64,000 bases of DNA from Azolla caroliniana (Eukaryota; Plantae; Polypodiophyta), in the NCBI GenBank assembly GCA_043228905.1, contig JBHGNT010000018.1, forward strand, positions 17,360,001-17,424,000. Reading direction: 5' to 3'. Below, one piece after another: positions 54,857 to 64,000 of this stretch; the first letter of the stretch is position 1; each line of letters begins with the position of its first letter. The notes under the pieces were generated by a model, which did not search any database, was not told where the DNA came from, and saw only the letters and a list, made by a program, of their open reading frames with translations. A program made the position numbers and the translations under genes.

Positions 54857-57039
54857 ATGGCTCCTGCTGGCGTAGACAGAGATACCCAAATCATTCCTAA
54901 TGATGAATTCGCAGGATTACTATTACATGAGACGGAAGTGGAAGACTTCCAACAGTTGGTGCTTCAATTGCTCCACCAAACAGAAGATGATGAATCAATC
55001 AGGGTTGACTCCTTGGAACTTCCCGTCACATCAACGTCCCACGACAATGTGGACATATATGCAGATGAGCTGGAGCAATTCCTGCTCCTGCACCAGGAAA
55101 ATCAAGAGATACCTGAAGCTCTGACATCCGCAGGTCCATTAGGAGCTTCCAATATCAATAAATGTGTGCGAATAAAAATAGTAAACATGTTTCTGAAATG
55201 TTTATGCACGATACAGCTGCAGCGGGTTCCACAGAATCTCCCGTCACATCTGTCTGCATAATTGAAGACAGTCGTGAAGATCCACCAGCTCTGAGATCAG
55301 CAGGTGAATTAGGAAACTCCTGCTTTCCCATTCTGTTAATATATGCAGAGACCCAATACCTAAATCATTTTCTAACTTATATCATGACGTTGCAGCTGGG
55401 CAAATCAATATGGGCAAATGACTAAATCATTTTCTAACTTGTATATAGATTATGAAGCTGGAGCTGGTTCTACAGGGCCTCCTATCACATCAATTTCAGA
55501 TATGTATGCAGGGGATCTGGAGGAGCAATTATTACGCCTTCTTGAGGAAGACCAAGAAATAATCGAAGGGATTCCTGAATATCCTTCCCCAGCGACATCA
55601 GCAGGTGAATTAATAGCTTCTGCTCATAACTGCAATGTCAATATAATGCATCGATAAATTGAGTACATAACTTTCTAACTTATATTAGATCGTAAAGCTG
55701 CAGCTGGTTCTATAGAGGCTCCCATCAGACCATTTGCTGACAATTATGTAGAGGAGGTAGGGCTTAATGAAGATCATGAAAGAATTGAATGGAATTTTGA
55801 ATATCCTCCAGCTCAGACATCAGAAGGTGAATTTGTAGTTTCTGGGCATAAGTACAATCTCAGTCAATATGGGCAAATGACTAAATAATCTTCTAACTAT
55901 TATATAGATCATGATGCTGCAGTTGGTTCTACAGAGCCACCCATCACATCATTTTCGGATATATATGCAGAGGATCTGGAGCAGCAATTACTGCTCCTAC
56001 TTGATGAAGACCATGAAATAATGGAAAGGGGTCCGGAATATCCTCAGGCAGTAGCGACATCAGCAGGTGAATTAGTAGCTTCTGCTCATAACTACAATGT
56101 GAATAGGGAGTGCATTGGTAAATTGACTCCATAACCTTCTAACTTATAATAGATCGTAACGCTGCAGTTGGTTCTACAAAAGCTCCCATGAATAATGCTC
56201 AAGATGATTTTCTACTTGAAGAGCTGCAGCAGCAGACAAATGGCACAACCATGATTGAGGTGATGAAGGCAGAGTTGGCTGCGATCCTGCTAAATGCCGA
56301 AGGCGGGTTGAAGAAGAGGCTGAGCGCACCAATGACGACTACCCAATTCAAGGTGTTGGACGCCTTTTTCAAGATTGGTCTGCCTACATTACCATTATGC
56401 CCTCATTGCAAGACGAATGTCCACGTAGAATTCCGATATTTTAACAACCGAACGAAGACTCGGTTGGTTCAGCCTCGCTTCGGCTGCAAGGTGTGCTTTG
56501 CACCACCCCATTCTCCGGAGAAAGAATGGAACCAGCAAAAGCAGGAGGAGAATGTGAATAATAGGAAGAAGCTCGAGTTTACTCTTCACCAAGAGGAATT
56601 GGAAGTGCTGGTTGGTGCCTGGGGAGGGCTTCACGCGCTGGTGCAACGTTTCTGGTCGATGCCACATGTCATCGAAGTTCTGGAGGCCAACAAATTTATT
56701 CTGTGTAGCAGCCGCCGCCGCAAGTCTGAGAGTCCAACCAATTCATCGCCAAAGAGGAAGAGGAGATCGTGGGAGTCGAAGCAGGTCAATGATGGTGGTA
56801 GTACTGCTGAGAACATGATTGATCATCAGATGCCTCCTATTAGAGATCATCATGATGAGGATATGTTGTGGATGGAATCTTTTAATTCCATCATCGCAGC
56901 AGAGAGGCTAGGTAGTAGTTCTGCTGCCTATAGCCCTAGAAATACTAATCCTAACAATAATGATAGTGATTGGTATCATGATTACTATATGAGTTGCAGC
57001 AACCTGAACAATAACAACATTGCTGCTTTCACTTGGTAA
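54857..57039 (+). CDS. Repeat-exon Dof-like zinc-finger gene, copy C (intact, ~567 aa)
   Basis: Exons 54857-55133, 55217-55303, 55449-55604, 55689-55826, 55908-56066, 56153-57039 join into 1704 nt with no internal stop. C-x2-C-x25-C-x2-C finger at 56398-56496; basic SPKRKRR motif. Confidence 0.85.
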
Positions 57040-58559
57040 CTATCTTCTCAACTACATTAATATAATTACCAAGTTTGCTCACAAAGGGGTTGATCTGCTG
57101 ATGATGTTTGATATCGTTAAATGTTTGATGTTATATATAGATAAAGGTTTGACCTGCTTACTTTTACAATGATCAGTCATTAATTCTTTTCTTATATTTA
57201 TTTTACGGCTACTTGATTGCAGTACATATATACATGATATGATGTGTTCCTTGCAATTCTTTGTTTCTTAATCGCATCCATTACTTCTGTTAAACTCTTC
57301 TTTTCATAACTGATTATCAACTGCATCTTCTTCTTCCAGAAATACGGGTTAGGTTTTTGTTAATTCATTAAAGAAGGCATTTCAGCTAAATATATATGTA
57401 TAACACATTCTATTTGCTCTTGCTCCTGGAAATCTTCAGTTCAGTATAACCCCCCCACAGGTCAAACGACAGACTGAAATGTACAATAATTTTAAACTTT
57501 GAAATTTTCAATGCTTGCAGGAGGATGCAAGGTGTGGTAATGTCTTTACTGTTGATATACAATATGGTAGCCATGGAATTATACAATTACCCTGTATTGT
57601 TAAAGATACAATATGGTAACCTTGCAGTCATAGCATCTGGTGACTCTGGAATATGGAACCACCTCATAACATCTAGCCGTGATTGTTTCACATCCAATAT
57701 GTCTGTTCAAGCTGCAAATACCATACCGCGTATAGTATCCAATATGCTCTGTGTTGTATCTTGAACTTCGCAACCACCATCATATAATTGAGGGAGAGTG
57801 GCTGAGCAAATCCATGAGTCCTGCAGAGATCATGGATGGGGTTGCTGGCCGTGTCAACCATGCCATCTCTACACTTGAAATGCTGATGTTGATTCTTATT
57901 ATTTCAACATCTGGACCAAGCCAGGTGGTGCCCATACAGTATGTGGCTCAAAAGTCTGCCTGATATCATTTCCTTTGCAATGCAGACAGAGCTCACAAGA
58001 ATAGGTCTGTCATAGAAAGAAGAGAAGTGGAGCCACATGAGGAGAAGAAGTAGTAACAGCAGAAGTAGGGGAAAGAAAGAAAAAGTATGCAGGAAAGAAA
58101 GAAGAAGTATGCAAGATTTGGACTGATGATGATGATGATGATGATGGTATGAAATCTGCAGCTGTTTTGATCTGGGGCAGCTCCAACAAGAACCATAGAA
58201 TCCTTCCTTGCTGTTGTGACCTGTGTAGCAACTCCAGCTGAGAATAATTAATTCTAACTGTAAATAAATTAGTTATATGGGCAGCAAGAAGGAGGTGCTG
58301 ATTGCAGCAAGAAGCAATGTATATGATTTTGGAAATCGTAATTTTTAGATTTTCCCTAAGATGGTCTTGTTTTGCTGAAGCCCAAATATCATGGAAGGAT
58401 ATGTATACATATTTGCATGACTCCCTAGAATAAAGTAGGACATTTGGCCTTAGGATTGATGCAACCAGGGACGTGTTCTCAGAAGATATAGCTCCAACAA
58501 TCATTTGTGATCACGTCCATTATGACCGCAAGACATGTAGAATTTGCATTTTATCTTAT

Positions 58560-61500
58560 TTGCGTGAATAAATTACAATCTCATAATCATGTTTATCAAT
58601 AAGGTCATTTGGGTGTGATTTTGAAGAGTGATTTCAACGCAATGGATTAAAGATATCGGAGACTTGAATTGAGTGGAAACAAAATCAACATCATGTGGGA
58701 AGCATTTAAGGTTTACCATAACGTATATTGTGTGGTTAGTGCATATATGGAGCCAACATCTACCATTGATGGATGTTGACATATTGACCCTTTGAGCCCT
58801 TATTGAGGAGGGCAAAGCCCATAGTAAGGGGATTTATTGTTGATTTGTGGATTTCTAAAAAAACCTTGACAATGAGACATGCTCGCAGCTCATGCAACAA
58901 TTAGATGCCCTCAACATCCTTATAAATATGCAATGGGGAATCTATCATTGCATGACTATGGTATCAGAAACAGAGCGGTCTCATGGTGGTCAGATGATGT
59001 GGGTAGCACAATTGAAGTAAAACAAGGATACCGTTTGTTACCTACTCTCTTTGGTCTTTATATAGATGAGGTGTCACATTACATAGAGAGATTGAACAAT
59101 CCAAGAGCATGGCTAGCATATATATCCATACAAATATTACTATATGTTGATGATATTGTGTCGATGGATAGATTGATAGCATGTATATCCATATAAATAT
59201 CTGTTGGGGATATTATGTTGTTGACACCCCCGAAAAGACTACAAAGGTATCGAAATGCCTTAAAAGTATTTTGTATGGATAAAGATATCTAAATAAAACT
59301 AAAGTGATGGTATTTAATGCAACACGAGCATGAGGAACAAGATCAACCCCATAATTCTTCGTGGGTGAGGAAAAGGTAGCATACGCACAATCCTCCAAGC
59401 ACCAAAGAATCCTTCTTGGAAGAGGAAAAGGTGGATCTCCGGACCTGAGTTCTAACGATGAGGTCAGCGAGGCTAAAATGCCTCCGGATGACAATGAAAT
59501 CAAGACCCTCGACGAGAGTCCGATTTCATTTAGGCTAAGTGGACCGAACGAGCGACTGGGTTGGTTTGACCAGTCCAAAGAAGAGTCGGCGAGTAGTGGA
59601 GACTCAGCCGTGCATTCCCTGCGCAGGAAGCCAAGGAGACGGTTTACGCGAAAGGAAAAAGGGAAGAAGAAGATGCTGGAGTACGGCACGGATAAGGGCA
59701 AGTCGGATCGACACAAATCCGACTACGAGAAGAGAGATGACGGACCTTCGAGAGCGAAGTCCACGTCAGCCAAGAAAGCCTCAACATCGGCTAATGAGCA
59801 ATTACGTCGATCTACCCGCCAGAAGAACCTTGTTGTGCGGTTCGAATACAACGAGTACATGGCGCATCACTATGCATACATGACACATGTAGCGGAAGTG
59901 GGTGAGCCGGAGAGCTACGCAGAAGCGGCGAAGGACACAAATTGGCATGCCGCAATGGAGGAAGAGATGCGCGCATTGGCGAAGAATGAAACCTAGGACC
60001 TAGTAGACGCACCGAAGGGTGTGAAGCCGATCGGATGTAGGTGGGTGTACAAGGTCAAGTACAACACTAACGGCTCGATCAACTGATACAAGGCCCGGTT
60101 AGTAGCGAAAGGCTATGCGCAGCAATACGGCATCAACTACGATGAGATGTTTGCGCCAGTCGCAAAGATGACGACCGTCCGTGTTTTGCTTGAGGTAGCT
60201 ACGGCGAAGGGGTGGCACTTACATCAGATGGATGTCAAGAATGCGTTCCTGTAAGGCGAGCTTGAGGAACAGGTGTACATGGTACAACCCCCCGGATTTC
60301 ACTTCGAAATGAACACCTTGGCGGTCTACCGGTTGAAGAAGAACCTTTACGAACTAAAGCAAGCCCCACGTGCTTGGAACAGGAAAATCACTCAGCGATT
60401 GCGTCGGATGGGATTTGCAACGTCCAAATCGAACTCTTCCCTGTTCATTCGGCAAGGTTGACTCGGGCCGGTTAGTATTTTACTTTATGTTGATGACTTG
60501 GTCATCACCGGCGCCGACCTAGGTGAAATTGACCGTGTAAAGCTCCAGCTTGCGGCATCGCTGGACATGAAGGACCTGGGGGACCTTCACTACTTCCTCG
60601 GGATCGAAGTGATCCGTACCCCCAAAGGCATATTGATCAACCAACGACATTACGTGTTGGGTATGCTCTTCAAGTTTGGGATGGCAGATTGTAAGTCAGT
60701 CTCGACTCCTCTAGATAGAACCGTCAAGCTTCGCCCCGACTTTGGAAAGGTTTGCGACCCAACGAGGTTCCTACAGATTGTCGGAAGCCTCATCTACTTG
60801 ACTATCACTCGACCAGACCTCAGTTAGTCGGTCGGTGTGATTAGTCAGTTCATGGTGCGGAAAACTGAGGAGCCCCTACAGTGCGCACAACGCATACTCT
60901 GGTACGTCAGTGGCACAAAGGACGAGGGCCTACTATATCGGACCGATATTGCCGCGCAGTTAGTCAGTTACACCGATGTTGATTGGGCCGGAAACGCCGG
61001 CGATTGGCGATCCACATCCGGATTCGCGTTCTCTCTTGGGAGTGCTGCGATCGCGTGGAGTAGCAAGAAGCAGCCGACAGTTGCATTGTTGAGCACCAAA
61101 GCCGAGTATAGAGGAGCCGTTGTCGCAACATGCGAAGCCATCTGGCTGAAACGGCTACTTAAGGATTTGCGGATGGAGGTGTCCGATCCGACGACGATCT
61201 ATTGCGACAACCTCAGCAACATCCAATTAGCGAAGAACCCTATCTTCCACGCCCAGACTAAGCACATTGAGGTGCACTACCACTTTGTCCACGAGCGTGG
61301 CCTCTCTGGTGAAGTCGAACTTCAGTATGTTCCAATGGCTTGGCAGACTGCCGACATTTTCACCAAGCCTCTTGGTCTTGACAAGTTGTGGCAATTCTCA
61401 GGTGCATTTGGGTTGTGACACCTTGATGTGCTGAACTTGAGGGGGAGAGAAGTCCCGGAAGACCACATAAGGGAGCAGGAAAGGAGCAGAAGAGACCATG

Positions 61501-64000
61501 ACGCCGAGTCGGATGACGAATTCGATTTCGGGTCGGTTGAAGAAGCCGAGGGCGGATCCACGAAAGAGTTCAAAAGCGGACGTGAGGGCAGCAGTCGAAT
61601 GAAAGAGCCGAAGCCAACCAAGCATGGGGGAGATGAAGCTAACTCGAATGAGAGCGAAGACCGATCAGAGGAAGCCGATTCGGTTCGGAGACGCCGAATC
61701 AACCGAGGGCCAAGCGTAAGAAAGGGCAACCGAAGAGGCGCCAACACCGCGACAACAAGGGAGCTGAGAAGTGCTTGAGGGGGAGTGTTGCAATACAAGC
61801 TCAACATTGGCCGGATCGGCTGTGCAAGCTAAGAACCGGATCGGTTGGGACCGATCAGTTAGGCCAAACCGGGTGCACAAACTGGTGCGCAACAAGAAGT
61901 CGGAGCGATGCGTAAACCGCGAGGCCGTTGGAAAGATATTACGCGTAGGAATATATTTTGGAAGTTAGTGTGAAGCTCATTTATGAGCATTGAAGTACGC
62001 GTCAATACTTCTGTTAGTCCATATGGACTTGTATAAAAGTGCTCATTGAGCACATTCTATGTACAAACTGAGTATTATTTTTTGAACAAATTGTGTGTGT
62101 GTGTCCAAGCTCTCCATTAAACCTGTGTTTTCCTACGTTCTGCTTCTGTTGCTTCCGCATGTTGTTCTTTTCACAAAATTAAACAAGGGAAAGACAACTT
62201 AGTAGAGATCAAGATCGAGAATTGAACAATACACCGAGAGAGAGAGAGAGACTCAAAGAAGTAGACAATGTCACTGTATTATTCCTAAAGTTACTACAAA
62301 ATGACAGCACTCACATCATCATCATGACTTGAGGAATGTGTTTCTTTTGTTTGATGGAATTGGAACATAGTATGTGTTTCCTTTGTTCCATTTGAATTGG
62401 TGTGTAGGGTGGGATTGAGTTTGTAGGGTGCCATTGGAGGCCAATTGTGATATTTTGCTACTGTACATACATTAAGAATGTTGTATAATATTTAGCTCCT
62501 GAGAAGGGTTCTATACTTTAGTAAAGTTAGTTACGGAAAGGGGATGAGAGAAATATTGTTGTATTTCCTATTTTTCTGAACAGAACTGACGAAGGAAATA
62601 GAATGTCAATTTGCTAACCTAGGCTTCTGAACATACAATGTAGGGCCATCACAATTATCCTCAATGCTTTGTTCCTGTTTTTATTATTATGAATTATGAA
62701 CAATTTGTAAGTTGGAGTTTGCCATTGCATGCAACAATACAAAGGTGTTAGATTAGAACACAGAATGACCAACCATGAATGGGTACTAATTCGTAACCAT
62801 GCAGGAAAAATGTGGTATTTAACTCACACATTGGTAGACAATGGTGGAAGCCACAATAAATTTGCATTGGAGACATGACCACGATTTTCCTGTGGTAAAA
62901 ATACATTTCAAGCACAACATGCACAATAACTTCCAATGGCGTCGAGTCGTACCTAGTGCTGGCGCGCTCGCTACAAGAGTTGACCCACCACAAGACAGAG
63001 TCTCGACGTAGTGAACAAGATGATGAAATGAGGGTAGCTATGCCTCTTATTTATAGCGATACCCAAGGCCCCCAAGCAAGTTCACACTTGGCCTAATGGG
63101 TTGTCTCAATCCCGAGGATTAAAAGTAATCCTCCCCTTCTTTACGCTCTCGTTTAACCCTCACACTTATCCACATGTATAGAATGCATAGTCTAAGTGAC
63201 ATATTGTATCTAGGATGAAGATTTTAATGGAAGATTGGATCAATGCAACTGAATTGAATAAATTAATATGCTAACATGATCCCATTCCTTCTTATTGATA
63301 GCCCAATGTGATCTACCATACGTGCATTCGCATTCGAGAATGATTCAATGAAACGTGTATGGTAAATCATTTCAAAGTTGGGAAAAAAATAAAGATTGGA
63401 ATTTCAAAAAAATAACTATGGTCTATCTTATATATTGATTGAATAAAAAATTGAAAGTTCAAAACTTAGGAATTACTTAACTACTAAACATTAGAAAGCA
63501 CAAACATAAAAATCAAATAATTCAAAGACATAATTGTATTGATGATGAGCTCATCTTGCAATTATCGATTTTCTCATCTTGCAACTAGTGAAGGTATCAA
63601 TTTCTTCACTTTAGAACTTTACAAAAAAATGAGTATGAACTATAGAGATTGAATAAAAAGATGTCATTATACATTATAATCAAATGTTCAAAAACTCATA
63701 AAACGTATAAGAAAACATGAGGCTAACATAAAAATTTATTATGACATCACACTAAAGAGAGAGAGATAGGGAGAAAATTGGAATTCGAACCCAAGACATA
63801 CATAAGTGATAGTAGCACAACAACTTACCACTAGGGTGAGCTCATCATCAATAACACAAAAGGATAAATAAGAAAAAACAAGAAACACCTAAATTTCCCG
63901 TTTCAAACGTTTGTATGCTTGCATGAACACGTTTATTACTTTATATGGATCTAACCATCTCTCAAAACAAACTTGGAGAAGGTAACAATGTGTGAATTTA
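58560..64000 (+). repeat. Segmental duplication, copy 2 of 5940-11872 (continues past the window end)
   Basis: Collinear with copy 1 up to the last base of the window. Confidence 0.92.
59395..62175 (+). mobile_element. 5'-truncated copia, duplicate of 6746-9633 (3' LTR 61786-62175)
   Basis: Same junctions and several of the same stop codons as the first copy, so it was duplicated with the segment rather than transposed independently. Confidence 0.88.

Overview
Repeat-rich eukaryotic nuclear DNA, most likely from a land plant. This is inferred from the Ty1/copia and LINE content, GT-AG introns, microsatellites and a Dof-like zinc finger; the taxon cannot be fixed from the sequence alone. The main non-TE content is a cluster of one unusual multi-exon gene family: copy A (minus, <1-2218), copy B (plus, 24017-32919, pseudogene split by a young copia), copy C (plus, 54857-57039, apparently intact, ~567 aa when spliced) and a rearranged relic D (43185-43950). 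Each gene is built from tandemly duplicated phase-1 exon+intron cassettes encoding acidic Leu-rich repeats, followed by a terminal exon with a divergent Dof-like C2C2 zinc finger. Relic D is an inverted duplication of the zinc-finger exon that could fold into a hairpin antisense to the family. A degenerate Bianca-like copia carries an intron-containing fragment resembling a beta-class (N4mC/N6mA) DNA amino-methyltransferase. The remainder is nested LTR elements, a LINE, solo LTRs, tandem repeats and segmental duplications. Coordinates were read by eye; ends of degenerate elements are approximate.
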